Shown here piece by piece: positions 13,475 through 26,020 of a DNA stretch of 64,000 bases. Numbering within the stretch: position 1 is the stretch's first letter; every line of letters starts with the position of its first letter. The stretch is from Ranitomeya imitator (Eukaryota): positions 204,724,001 to 204,788,000 of the forward strand of contig NC_091288.1 of NCBI RefSeq assembly GCF_032444005.1, written 5' to 3'. Below the pieces are notes generated by a model. It saw only the letters and a program-made list of their open reading frames with translations, searched no databases and had not been told where the DNA came from. The position numbers and the translations under genes were made by a program.

Positions 13475-13611
13475 GCTCCTTCTTCCCAGTATATAAATCT
13501 AGTCTTTTTACAGAGTGGGCTTGGTTATCAACTGTTCCTATGGGCATCAGCTTGATGGCCACTCCCAGTTGGATAAAAAGACTAGATTTATATACCTGGG
13601 AGAAAAGGAAC
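13475..13611. mobile_element. Small foldback MITE in the PRR35-like intron
   Basis: Inverted arms CCCAGTATATAAATCTAGTCTTTT / AAAAGACTAGATTTATATACCTGGG. Confidence 0.55.
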
Positions 13612-13748
13612 AAAAGAAAAAACAAGCCGGATTCAGTAGAACAGCAACCATTACACCATGTTAAAAAGAAAATATAGATTTATTGCAAGTGACAGGCCCT
13701 CTTTAAATTTTATATTTCTCATTATTATTTTTTTTTTTGTTCCCAAAG

Positions 13749-14379
13749 TACTCGTTCTCCTATTACATCTCCTGATCTCTGGAACGAGAAGAGCCCTATT
13801 TCAGAGGTGACCACTTGCAAGAGGAGAAGATCATCTGAAACTTCCAGTGAAAAATCAGAGCCGATGGTTGTCAATGCATCTCTGCTCATTGGAGATCTTT
13901 CAAGAACTTTGGAGGAATATGGGAAAGTGGAGAGGAAGTTGGCAAACCTGACGTCTGACGACGGTGGTCGTCAGAAGACTCTTGGAGAGCAACTTGGTAA
14001 GATACGACTGGAACTCCTTCATATCCACCAGGCTCTAGAGAAGGCTTCATGCTCACCCGATGGGCCATTAGACCTCTCTATAAAGAGGGCAGATGATATG
14101 GATAAAGAAGATCCAGAAAAGTTTCCAATGAGCGAAGATTCCAGAACACCCCCACCCCTTGAATCCTCACCGAAACAGGTGGTGAAAGTGGAACTGTTGT
14201 CTCCAGAGTTGGTGACTTGCTATGCCCGTCCCACCAAGTGTGAAGCGGACTCGAGCGTGTTACTCTGCCCGGATGGAAGAGTGGGGAGCACTGGGATTAC
14301 CCAGCCCCACGTAGTTCACCAGGAAGAGATTGGAGGTGTTGGATTTGGAAGAAGCCGACTGCAAATGGAGAATATTTGA
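13749..14379 (+). CDS. PRR35: PRR35-like protein, last coding exon (spliced CDS 2085 nt, 694 aa)
   Basis: Polypyrimidine tract and CCCAAAG acceptor at 13748; the splice is in frame. Encodes a coiled-coil segment (LGKIRLELLHIHQALEKA), the PLDLS CtBP-binding motif and RPTKCEADSSV. TGA at 14377-14379. Confidence 0.85.
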
Positions 14380-14486
14380 AGTCCGCAACTCTTCCATGGT
14401 CATCTTCACGCACTATCCCCATGAAGCTTTCCACCTGTAGACTCGAAAGACATTAAATGCAAGAGCCGGGCTACCAGGTCTGCATG

Positions 14487-14492
14487 AATAAA
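14487..14492 (+). terminator. Candidate polyadenylation signal of the PRR35-like gene
   Basis: AATAAA about 108 nt after the stop codon. Confidence 0.45.
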
Positions 14493-14955
14493 ACATTCAG
14501 CCACCTCACTGTGACAGATTTGCAGAACACTGTGTCAGATTACTTGGCAAGAAAGAGATCCAGAAATGATTCCAATTTCCCAGGAAAGACAGTTTTTTTA
14601 GTGATAGTACCAGAGGCAAGAGTGCATGTCACACCAGTGGTCGCCCTTGTGGCTTCTATGGGCCTGCCGAGACGAAAGTTCAAGCTCAGGTTAGCAATGT
14701 CCTGCTATACCCATGGGCAATGTGAACTTATGCAAGGATTTCCCACTTGTCCAGCGGTTATACTGCCATACTTTCTTACAAGGGTTGTTCTGGGAGATGT
14801 GGTGGCATTACCTGGTTTCAGGAAGGCCTCCTCCTTTTTGAGGCCTCCTCAGATCTTTATGTAAATTTTTTTTACTGGAAACCTCCTCAAAAAGCAGGTC
14901 CATGAACAGCTCCATAGACAAAGGTGGGATATATGACATATTACTGAGGACTTAA

Positions 14956-15328
14956 AGGGGACCTCTTACCAGGTCAAATACGGGCAGTTTTAAAAAATTT
15001 TTATTCCCCCTCCTCCCGTGTTTTTATTTATTTTTATTTTTTTAAATCCGCCATACGGTTCCAGAGATATCGGCTTTTTTATTTTGCACTACTTTATATG
15101 GTTTTTACAAATGGGGCGTGGCTCATAGGAATCTGTGGGCGTGTCATTAGGCTGTCATTAGCCACACCTTCTTTATAAAGACCATAAAACTTATCACTAA
15201 ACAAAAACGCCCTTATCTCTGGAACTGTATGGCAGATTTTAAAGAAATAAAAAATAAAAAACTCAGGGGCGCAGCGGGAATAAAATAACACCACAAACTG
15301 ACAACTTTCACCTGGTGACTAGTCCCCT
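14956..15328. mobile_element. T2/Kolobok-type MITE
   Basis: TTAA duplication at 14952-14955 and 15329-15332. Termini AGGGGACC...GTCCCCT, with internal inverted arms. Confidence 0.8.
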
Positions 15329-18300
15329 TTAAAGTCATAGCTGTAAAAAAAAATTGATCATATGTTGCTCACAACTAAAAATACTTTGTTAATATTTATA
15401 TTTAATATTTGTTAGTGATCTGATCTATTAAAGCAGTGACTGTGAAGAAGTGTTATTTATTACAGATGGATAAAATGGACAAAGATTAAAAAAAATTTTA
15501 AAGGGATTTTACCCCATCGTTTAATGAGTACGCCATACGTTTAATAGTGGCCGTGTCTGGTACTGCAACTCTGTTCTATTAATGTAAATGGGTCTTAGCT
15601 GCAATACCAGGCACAGCCACTACCAAATGTAAGGCGCTGGTCTGGAAGAGAATTGATATTGATGGACTATCCTAAGATAGGTGGTGCTGGCGAAGTGTAC
15701 GGCTGAGATATGGTGGAGCTTAAATGCCCCACGGTTTGGTTTCCTAATGTTGGCAAGTTCTCTAAACCAATAAATATTGGCAGATACTAAGGTCGGCATC
15801 AAGTTTATGTGGGCCTTATAGCCCAGAGTCATAGGATAGGTGTACAAACATGGCAGACATAGGGGTCCCCAATAGCCCCCCTCCGGCTGCCATTGGTCCC
15901 CATCAATCATTTTGTGTTGGGTGTTAAGACACCTTCCTTCATTTACATATTCTTAAATGCTACAGTCACGGTTGACAACAAGACCCTAGAGATACGTGGT
16001 CAATACACAAAAAAAGTTGCTGAAAATTAACTTTTTCTCTCTTTTTTTTAGTAAAATCCTTACTGTAGATCTGACCGTCTCCTAAAGGGTTTACACAAAA
16101 TTACAAAAACATTGCTGCCTCTTCCAGAAACAGCGCCACCCCTAGCCAATGGTTGTAACTGGTATGGCAGCTCAGCTTCATTAAGTTTTATCTGCAATAC
16201 CACATGCCACCAGGGGACAGGGGTGGCGCTGTTTTTGAAAGAGTCCAAACAAGTTTTTCTAATTAAAAGAACTAACGTCTGGCAGTCGGTTATCCTCTTT
16301 ACATCCAGTGAAATAAACTTGCATGATGCTTTGCATCTCATAACGGCCGCTTGTTACTTTTTCTATGCGAATTTTAAGGGGAGGGGCACATATAAAGGGG
16401 TTATTTAGCATTTAGAAAAATATAAAAACAGCGCCTCCATGGGATGACGTATGGTATTGCAGCTCATCTCTACTGAAGTGAAAAACGGCTGAGCTGCAAT
16501 ACCAGACACAACCTGTAAACAAGTGTGGTGATGTTTAAAAAAAAAAAATTAGCCAATTTTTTTTTTCTTTTTTTAAAGGGGGCCGATCATTAGAAGCGAA
16601 TTAGCCCTGGCATTTCTGAAATCGATAATATTGTGTGAAGTCAAAACACCCCCTTATCGTCTGTTCTGATCACCCCCCTCCGGACCACCATGTTATCTAG
16701 AGAGATCCTGCCTCCCAGTGGGATGTGTGCTTACAGCGCGCGCCGAGGCAGAGCATCACACCAGCGGGCACCGCTGCCAGCCCATGCAGATGAGTAAATA
16801 AGTAAGCCGGCAGAGTTCACATAACCCTGGGGACAGCCATAGGACACTGTCACCGCAGATCAGCGTCACTGTCACTGGACCTCACTGCTGCCCCATTAAA
16901 CACAGCTCGGGGCTCATGTAATTGGCTCAGACTGAGGGTTACCCTTAAACACGAGAGCATGGCTACCAGCACTCATTTACAGCAGGTCCTACACTCTTAA
17001 CCCCTCTCGCGCCAAAAGGTCCGCAGCAGCTGGATCTGAGAACGAAGGATATTGTGCAAGAAGACAACTTTTCTTCAAGAAGCAGCCATCATCTTCTATG
17101 CCATACGATCGTTGCTGCACCTGCCGCCGCGGCAAACTACCGCCTTCAGCTCTGTCCCAGTAAAATAAAGCCAACAGGTTCTTTAAGTGAATGTCTTGAT
17201 AGGGACATGGACATCATGGCACCTGGTAATCGATCATGCGGGCCTGGGTCATCCACGTATTGCATTCGTTTTTGAATGACCACATGTAATACTACATTTC
17301 ACCTGCGGAGGAGCTGTAGGAAAAACGAGCAGCCAATTATAACTTCATTTTGCAAAATCAAATGTTTCCCAGGGATATGGAGAATCTGAACCCAGGCAGC
17401 TCTCATTTTCAGGGGGTTGTCTTTGAAGAGATCGATAAACGGATAGAAAATGAGGGATTGATAGACGATATATGAAGAGATTTATGAACAGGCAGGATAT
17501 ATAGATGAGATTAGACAGTCGATGTGGGTCAAGCATTTTAAAGTTATTTTTTGGACCAACAAGTCATCGGGTTTTGTGCCAAATTTACAAAACGTCCCAA
17601 CCCCTTTTTAAAAAAAAAATTTGGTGCATCTTTCCATTTTTTTTTTTTTTAGAATTTTTTGTCTGCTTTTTAAGCTAATAAACTCCCCACTAAAATGCGT
17701 GACTTCGTTAAAGTTTGCAGTCGGTAAACCAGTCTGTGTAGTGCTGAACCGCACACACTTGGCCTAAAAAAAAAATCCCCCACGTGACGTAAAAGAAATG
17801 AAATTTGGCCCAAGGCTATAACAATTTAAGCCCCACGCAAAAAAAAAACAAAACAAAACAAAAACAAACCCTAAACAGCAAAAAGTCAGAATTTAATCCG
17901 AACAAGTGGAGGATAAGCAGTAACACCTCCTGTCACTTTTACCTTGTCCTGACCTTCTAATGTTTTTTTGCCGCAGCGTCTAAATTTTCCAACCTGAGAT
18001 GATTGATCGGGATGATTATAATGAGGGCCGATCCCTATAATAATCCCTATTGCGTGAAGGGTATATTTAGGAGGAGGTCTTGTTTTCTCCTCTCGCGCTC
18101 CCTTCGCCCCTCTCCCTCCCGCTTTCTCTCGCCCCTTTCCTCTTGCTGGATGGATTGGTTGTGTCAGACTCAAACAGCCGCGTCCCTTCATCCCCCCCAG
18201 CTTGGTGCTATCATTTATCCCGATCACAGGAGAGAGGGGACCTGTCAGATTGCGCTCGTGTCTTTATTCGCAGGGGCTGCACTGAGCGGCGGTGACAGAG

Positions 18301-19555
18301 CTGTGAGTGTGTTATTATGTGCAGCGGGGTGATAATGTGCGTCAGTACGTCCGGAGAACGCACTACAGGATCGCTCAATGGTCGACATCAAACCTAATGG
18401 AAGAAGCGCGACGAGGAGCCGCGATTTCCTACCTGGCACTAAAACTCAGGGGTGGTGCCATATCGAGACTGCGTGCTCAAAAGTTATAAGCTCAGGATGG
18501 GGATAAAATTACTTTCTACACAATTTTTTTTTTTAGTCCTTTTTTCATTCTTAGTCTTTATTTTTTGTCCTTTTTTAATTTCTAGTCTTTATTTTTAGTC
18601 CTTTTTTCATTTTTAGTCTTTTTATTTTTAGTCCTTTATTTTTTCCATTTGTTATTCTTTTTAGTTTTAAATTCCATCTTGCAAAGATTAAACAAAGTCC
18701 TAATTTTTTCTTTTGTTTGGTTCCCCCCCCCCCTTTTATACCTTTTAAACCACCCTTAATCTCTTTAGTTTTGGGGAGGAGGATCTCACATGGGTTCCCA
18801 TTGGAAAGGGGATAGGGCCATCCAGGACTGGGCTTCCTCTCTCCAGGTGCTCCTCAGCATCGGTTGGCCACATTATAAGAAACAATGACCAAGAAACATT
18901 CATGTAATCCAGCGACTAGTCTACGACATCAGTGCCATCATTTCAGAAGCGCCGTGTGGTGGGCCACTCCGGCTCATCACCGGTGAGTACAGAGCGAGTG
19001 ACCAGCCCGTACGTCAGCAGCCTACATTAAAGAGGTCGGACACTTGACAACTCCTTATCAATGGCCCTTAAGTGGTGAATAAAATAAAAAAATCTATACT
19101 CATCTTCCAATCCAGCACCGCACTCTCCTGTGTCCCCCGCCGGCCTCTGGAGAGAAGCAATGTCACGTGACCGCTGCAGCCAATCAGTGGATTCTAATAA
19201 GGTGCAACTTTGGCAGTTTTGGCCGAGCAGAAGTGAAATTTCTCATCAGAAACCCATCTCATCCCATATAAATCAGAGCCCGTGTTACTTCATGTCCGAC
19301 AAACCATCAATCCGTGTAATATCTTCCATGCAGGAGACATGACGAGACTGTGGATGAGCTGAACGGCTGCCTCTGTCTACACTGATAACAGTGGTGGAGT
19401 CATTGCTGGAAAGAGTAGGGATCAATACTACACGGTATTATTTATAGATGTGGTCTGGCGGCACACCACATATCCAGACGGCTCCACAGGGACCAGACCG
19501 TCATGTGAAGGGGTTTCTGCATAGACTGAAGGGCAGGGGAATAATGGACACTATC

Positions 19556-20095
19556 AAAGGGGCCCATGTGATCTTGTATACACAGCACAGGGGCCCCGAC
19601 ATATCAAGTAAGTACCACAAAGGGGCCCAAGTGCTCATGCATTCACCAGAAAGGGGCCCAAGTGCTACTGTATGCACCAAAAAGGGGTCCAAGTGCTCTT
19701 CTAAGCACCACAAAGGGGCCCAAGTGCTCATGTAGTAACCAAAAAGGGGCTCAAGTGCTACTGTATGCGCCAAAAAGGGGCCCAGGTGCTACTGTATGCA
19801 CTAAAAAGGGGTCCAAGTGCTCTTGTGTTCACCACAAAGGGGCCCAAGTGCTCCTGTATGGATGACAAAGGGGCCCAAGGGCTCTTCTAAGCACCACAAA
19901 TGGGCCCAAGTGCTCTTCTAAGCACCACAAAGGGACCCAAGTGCTCCTGTATGGATGACAAAGGGGCCCAAGGGCTCTTCTAAGCACCATGAATGGGCCC
20001 AAGGGCTCTTCTATGCACCACAAAGGGGCCAAAGTGATCTTTTAAGCACGGCAAAGTTGTCCAAGTGCTTTCTATCCACTACACAAGGGTCACGT
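19556..20095. repeat. ~31-33-bp minisatellite (AAAGGGGCCCAAGTGCTC core), about 16 units
   Basis: The core recurs at roughly 32-bp spacing with alternating spacer variants. Confidence 0.9.
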
Positions 20096-22247
20096 GCTCT
20101 CCTATACACCACACAGGGGTTCATTCACACTTACAAGCATCATAGAAGTTGTAGCGGCCATTTTTACTAGCACTGGAGCCATCACTTAGTCACTGAGCCA
20201 CTCAGGCTCTTCTGTGGCTCCTCTTAGTGAATTCAATTCAATACCTGGAAGAAAAAAAAAAAAAAGAATCAGGTAATTTGGATCATTCACGCCGAAGCCT
20301 AATAACCCTCATTACTTTATAAGAGGGTCCGTCAGGTCACCGTGTGGTTTTCATCCAGAGCCTTAATCATTTGCAGCCAAAGCTTCTCCCCGTCACAAGG
20401 TCTGCGGTTTCCTCACCACACAGCGGCCGCTGATCTGCTAGTGTGATATCAGTAGCCAGGGCCCCGATCTGAGGTTACTGGTTCTGGCCGGGCTGGGGCA
20501 GCCGAGTGAGACCCGATAGTCCGAGAATAAAAAGATTAATGAGCCATGGTGGGCGCCTCTTCTCTGCCAGGCCCCCAGGCTTGATCTACTAGATAGTGAT
20601 CTGTGTAGGTCACAGGTGAACTGCAGCGAGCTGCTGTACATGATCGTTTCCCATCGTTATGAAGGCTCATTAGTGTGTGCGGATCAGTGCACCTTCCCCA
20701 GCTCATGTCCTCGTGTATCCTGACTGACTGGTTATACGCCATTTTCCCCGTAAGGTCAGAACATCCTCGATAAACAGTCGTCCTTGAAATAATTAAAAAA
20801 AAAAAAAAAATTCATAGTTTATTTTGCTCTATGTACATAAATTTCTGCAATCACTTTATGCCCAAATTTTCCAATGTGAAATATACACACTGTCAGGATT
20901 CGCCTCTACTTCCAGCTCGAGTGTGCGGTCAGAAGACTGTAAGCGTATGATTTCCATATTTTCGGTCACGTGCCGACTGGAAATCTTTCCTGCTTTTCTC
21001 ACCGTTTTATCGAGAGACCGCAATGATGAGAGTCAGCTAGAAACAGAAGAGAATCCCGACAGTCTGCATGTTGCACACTGGCAGCTTTCGACAATTTTCT
21101 GTTCTGTGCAGCCCAGAAAAACCTCCTCAAGCAAAGACGACAGCGGTCAGGACTGCCACAATGAAAATGAGGAAATCTGGGCGACAACTTCTAAATCACA
21201 TCGGTTGTCACTCGTCCGATCTTATTCTTGTGCACTGCAAATCCGAAACTCAAATCCAAGATTTCTGCCATGTTGGGTCAAACATCCGTATAACCTATTT
21301 ACATGACAAAAGAACGGATGATGCTCAGCTGGAGGCTTCTTCTTGTACGTGCGATGCGATAGAGTCAGGAGAATGTTCCCGACCAGAGGAAAAGCTGGAT
21401 AACCCTCCACGTTCTAGACATCCGCCAGCTTCTTCCCAAAATGTGTGTGCCATGAGGGGTTAATTCTGAGGCCAATCACCAGAGTCTCATCTTGGCAGTT
21501 CGCACTTACTCTGCCCTACATATGTCCAACTCTTGGTTCATTTAACCTCTGCTGAGCTGGAAGACGGGATTTCTTACAGGGCAACAATGGGAACCGAGCG
21601 AGTGACAGGCGCGTCCTCCTGGCTCAGGGAATCTCTGTAAAGGTCAATGGAGAGGGTGGAGTAATGTGGTAAAAGGGGGGAAGTCGGGATTTTGCCCACA
21701 GGGACAGCCTGCTATTGTCTACAAAAACCCTTTAACCTTTTCAGCACAAGAGGAGGAGTATGATGAAGGCCGGAGCGCCGGTTACTGGGCCGATAATGAT
21801 CCACGTAACGATCCGTCACCACCTTTGTGTCGTCAGAAGACGGTGATACTTTCCATACTCATTACCCAATTTACTTTTATCTTTATTCGTTACCCCTATA
21901 GGGGCCATTTTTTTCTTGCGACCACGCACCACTACAGGACACCCAATACCTGCGCTATCGTCACCAAGAGAAATAAAGAGATTTCTGCTCTTGAAAATAT
22001 ATTTTTACACCATTTAAAAGAGGTTTTTTTCATTTCGCAAAGTGATATTGCTAGGATGGTCCGTCACTTTATGATTAGTGAAGCCCCCCCTGATCCGGAG
22101 AATGAAGGGGCACGGTGCATCCTTTTAACTTTTTTTTGCCCCGATCATTCAGCTCTGCAGGGGGCAAGCGAAACGGCAGATCCAGGTGGTTGGAGCGGCA
22201 GAGTGCAGGGATGTACTAAAACAGCCTTGTTTGCCCTTAAATCTTAA

Positions 22248-22530
22248 AGGGGTTGTCCGGATTAGGGTACAAATCTGCAAATTTTGAGTCCTCAGTGCAG
22301 TGAGGATTCTCCGCTGCAGGTAGCGGGTAGTTATGAGACAACAAGTATGTGATTTGCATATGTCCGGCCACATTACGACTAGTCATGTCTGGCTCACTTG
22401 CATTGAGCGAGGCCGCGCACGTCTAGTCTGCATGTGACCAAATGTATGCAAATCATATACTTGCGGTCAAAGGCCCACCGCTGACACTGGAGAATCTGCA
22501 GACTTGTACCCTAAGGCCAGACAACCCCCT
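22248..22530. mobile_element. T2/Kolobok-type MITE
   Basis: TTAA duplication at 22244-22247 and 22531-22534. Termini AGGGGTTGTC...GACAACCCCCT. Confidence 0.85.
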
Positions 22531-23207
22531 TTAAGGATCCCATTCATATTAGCTAAAAGTCATCCGAACCTGCCAGTTTCTGTGGGACCATCTGATGTGT
22601 ATGGAGACCCCCGACTCTCTGCAGACGGATGATGCCGGGGAAGAGAAGGATCGGGCAGATGGAATTTGAATATCCGCTCCATTATGGTAGATAAGAGGCA
22701 TCTCGGCAGCTTTCTGCTCTCTCTACATGAGCGGGGATGTGTATGGGGACAGGAAGAGGCAGCCATCTCATGTGTATGGCCAGCTATGGGACCACTGATG
22801 GACATAATGTGGCTCTTTGCCAATCCTCAGATGACCCAGCTTTACTAATCAGATTTCTCGAATGATAAAACTAAGGAGAACAATTTTTAGGTTCGGCAGA
22901 CATCACAAGGCTTTAATCTGCTTTTACCGCTCCTAAAAATAATAATAAAAAGTAAAAAAATTCAGGTGACAAGAAATTCCCTCCCCCCCTCCCCCCCCCC
23001 ATCATCCAAAACCCAATAAGTTTGGGAAACAGTATGGAGACTAGCGTCCTCCCCAGTGACCCAGGGGGGTCTTCCATCACAGGAGATGATCATGGATCCA
23101 GGTTCTCTATGATGCATCACAAACACTACAGATGAGCCCAGTATAGGAGCCACGGCTGCCCGATACACTGGGAAAACACCAGGGGGGAGACAAGATGGCC
23201 GCACACC

Positions 23208-23612
23208 ATCTGCGTCTGTTTCCCCACCGCGGGCCGGCAGCGATGGCCGCACACCCTGTGGTGGGCCCAGATCATTAGGGCCATGCATTGGCTGCGCCAC
23301 CCCGACCACCTCTGGGCAGGTGCCATGTTATACCATTTTGGGTGATGTTTTTCTGCAATTTTGTTTTGCAAAAAATATCCTACGATGGGAAAGAAAACAA
23401 TATGAATCAATAGGGTTCGGGAGGCAAGACCCCCAGCAATCAGCAAGTGATCCCCTTTTTGTATGGATAACTTACAAGTCTGAGTAACCCTTTAATTGCA
23501 AGGAAAAAAAAAATGGAGTTCAACATAATTAACAAATGCAACTTTTATCTTCAGCTGCCTCCGTAAAAAAAAAAATACATGGAAAGTGCCCCTTAAAATC
23601 AGAAACTAACGG
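23208..23612. repeat. 405-bp direct repeat, copy 1 (ASB8 3' UTR side)
   Basis: Closely matches 26021-26423 (ATCTGCGTC...CAGAAACTAACGG), judged above 90% identical by eye. Confidence 0.95.
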
Positions 23613-23642
23613 TCAGGTCTTCTCCTGTCCTTAGATAGGACT

Positions 23643-24275
23643 TCAGTGCAGCAGCAGAACATAGTCCTGGATCGATTTAGGAATAGGCAACTCGATCACC
23701 ACTTGCGATAACTGGCGATCTCCGAGGCTGCCCCTCACCGCCCGCCGTGCCAAAGCTTTTAAAGTGCCGGGAACGGAGCACAGTGTGAGCAGACGTTGGC
23801 GTAGCTGGGCGTCCCGGGCGGCCTCGGGGGGGATCCCTCCTTCTCTTCGCAACCTGAGGGTACCGCAAGCCCTGTGCAGCAGTTCCAGGCATTCCTCCTC
23901 CCTCTCGCCACCCAGGCCTCGACCCATCAGAATGGCCAGCCGCCCCGCTGGGTACTGACCCTTGAGGTTGGCAGTGTCGGGCTGGGCCCCGTATTCCAGG
24001 AGCAGCCGCACGCTCTCTAGGTTGCCCTTCATTACTGCCCAGCTTAGGGGGGTGTCCTGGTTGTAGTCTCTGGCATTGGCTTTTGCGCCCCCCTCTAGTA
24101 ACGCCAGCACGCAGCCGTCCATGTTTTTGAAAGCTGCCCAGTGTAACGGAGAATCCTGATTCCCATCGGGGGCATTAGGGTCGGCGCCGTATTCCAGGAG
24201 AATCTCCACGCAGGTCTCGTCCTTCTCTGCTGCGTAGTGCAGGGCCGTGCGCTGGTAGCCATCGAGGGCATTCAC
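23643..24275 (-). CDS. ASB8: Ankyrin repeat and SOCS box protein 8, last coding exon
   Basis: VNALDGYQRTALHYAAEKDETCVEILLEYGADPNAPDGNQDSPLHWAAFKN...PLSWAVMKGNLESV ankyrin repeats, then a SOCS box (PGTLKALARRAVRGSLG...LPIPKSIQDYVLL). CTGCAG acceptor, phase 0. Confidence 0.92.
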   Translation of the reverse strand: MNALDGYQRTALHYAAEKDETCVEILLEYGADPNAPDGNQDSPLHWAAFKNMDGCVLALLEGGAKANARDYNQDTPLSWAVMKGNLESVRLLLEYGAQPDTANLKGQYPAGRLAILMGRGLGGEREEECLELLHRACGTLRLRREGGIPPEAARDAQLRQRLLTLCSVPGTLKALARRAVRGSLGDRQLSQVVIELPIPKSIQDYVLLLH

Positions 24276-24604
24276 CTGCAGGGCACAGAAACGCAGTCAT
24301 GGACTGGATATACCGGATACTTCTCACAGCTGAGGATCTGCTTCAGTATGTCCAGGGTATATAATCCTGCATGAGCTAATGAGTTGGCGCTAATAACAGG
24401 TATCCGCCTGGTTCAGCTCACTGAGGAGTGTACACACTGGATGCGATTGTAACAAACCTTCAGCTGTGACATATTAGGTTTGCGTTGGTTTTAAAGCCAC
24501 AGGAAAAGTATTGTATTCACTGACAGAAAGCAGAAATCTTGAAAATGGAAACAGAACTAGGATTAGACAGAAAACCGGAATCCTCCATTAATAAGACCAC
24601 TGAC

Positions 24605-24709
24605 ATTGGCTCCGTGCTCCAGAAGCAGCTCCACGCAGTCGCCATCGCACACCATGCAGGCGCTGTGCAGGGGCATCAGGGTGTCATGAGGACCATTGAC
24701 GTCGGCCCC
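24605..24709 (-). CDS. ASB8: ASB8 middle coding exon (35 aa)
   Basis: GADVNGPHDTLMPLHSACMVCDGDCVELLLEHGAN, flanked by a CTACAG acceptor and GTCAGT donor; phase 0. Confidence 0.9.
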
Positions 24710-25131
24710 CTGTAGACAGAGAGAAAAGACAAGAGTCAAGGTTAAAGGGGTCCTGAACACGGACATGTTCTATAGGTGGTCGGCCGGAAAAGGATTGCGG
24801 CTGTATAATAAACGTCCAACAGAGGTGGGAGAATGGGGGTCTCCTAACCCGCCCCAGGCGGAGAATGAACGGAGAGGTGCGGACGGACGGACGGCTCTCT
24901 ACATTCACTTCTATGAGAGAGACCGAATTCACAAGCAACACCGAGCCTGACCGCGTCGTATATGAGGACGTCGGATCAGGCTGTGTCGCTCGTCCTTGTG
25001 GAGACAGATGTGCTCATTTTTCGGGAAAAGAAAAACAAAAAACGTCATGTGTTCTATGCATTCCCCACCAGGAGAGGATGAGAGACCCCCATTTTCCACA
25101 TAGGTGGGGCCTACAGCTATCAGGCACTTAC

Positions 25132-25233
25132 CTTCCGGATGAGGGATTCTACGGTGCCTCCGGGCAGAGAGCGGAAGGAGATGGCGCGTATCAGCCGCTC
25201 CGACAACGGGCGCTTTCTGTACATATTGAGCAT
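25132..25233 (-). CDS. ASB8: ASB8 first coding exon (34 aa; total protein 279 aa)
   Basis: ACCATG start; MLNMYRKRPLSERLIRAISFRSLPGGTVESLIRK aligns to the recalled ASB8 N-terminus (LSERLIRTIAAIRSFPHDNVEDLIR). Donor AAG|GTAAGT; acceptor CGTAG at 25237. Confidence 0.8.
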
Positions 25234-26020
25234 GGTCTACGAGAAAACACATTACAAAAAGGGTTAATTCACCAATAATCTGTCTTATCTGATCTCGGGA
25301 AAGCTGGGTGACAAACAAGGAATTCTGGACCCAAATCTGCCGAATTTCACAGAACCCAGCTTTCCCAGAACTCGGATGGCGGCGATCAGGTGCCAGCGCA
25401 GGATGATGGGTACGTATGATGCAGACCGCCCCTGCTCTTGGCCCGGTCTTGCCTTTTTCGCACGCTCTTCCGCAGCTCCCTGGAGGAGGATCGCGGAGGT
25501 GCTCGCTCTCTGCCTGCACTCACCCTCGGGGGCAGCCTCCCTGCCTCTGGCACTCGGCGGGCACATGAGACGGGGCCGCTGCCTCTAATGGATGAAGAGC
25601 AGAGAGCGTCTCCTTCCATTAATTCTTCCTCAGATGGGATGAAATATTCAGCAGGAGGAGGAGGAGGACACAGAACCGGGCTCCCTCGTAGGCAAAAAAA
25701 GAGAGCGCTGCCAAATCCTGACACGCGGAGGATATTAGGGGAGACTTTAACCAGTTTGTTGCTGGGGGGAAGGAACAGCTGCACATTGTTAGTCCCCCAG
25801 TGCACGACGTGGCGGGACTGGGAGCGACGCGATAACGCGCAGCAGCTGGAGCCTGTCACTGACGGGCCATTTACTCCACGCGATAAACTTTGGGCCGCAT
25901 TCGACTCCCCTGAGAAATGTTTGGCACAAACAGGGCGAACAGGAAAAGTGACGCCGGCCGAGCATGTATGTGCCACGGAGGGAAGTCTGTGCCATCAGCA
26001 CCGGAGCTAAATAGGAGAAG

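Noticed and set aside
11925-14379. Calling the gene ZNF750
   Set aside because: Diagnostic residues (RPWGKPYNYK, HLYNHMKYSLCK, PLDLS plus TKCEADSSV) fit PRR35 better.
21666-22247. 193-aa ORF
   Set aside because: No recognisable domain or splice context; probably a chance ORF in repeat-derived sequence.
24929-26010. 190-196-aa ORFs on both strands
   Set aside because: GC-rich sequence depleted of stops; no domain; they overlap ASB8 exon and intron in other frames.
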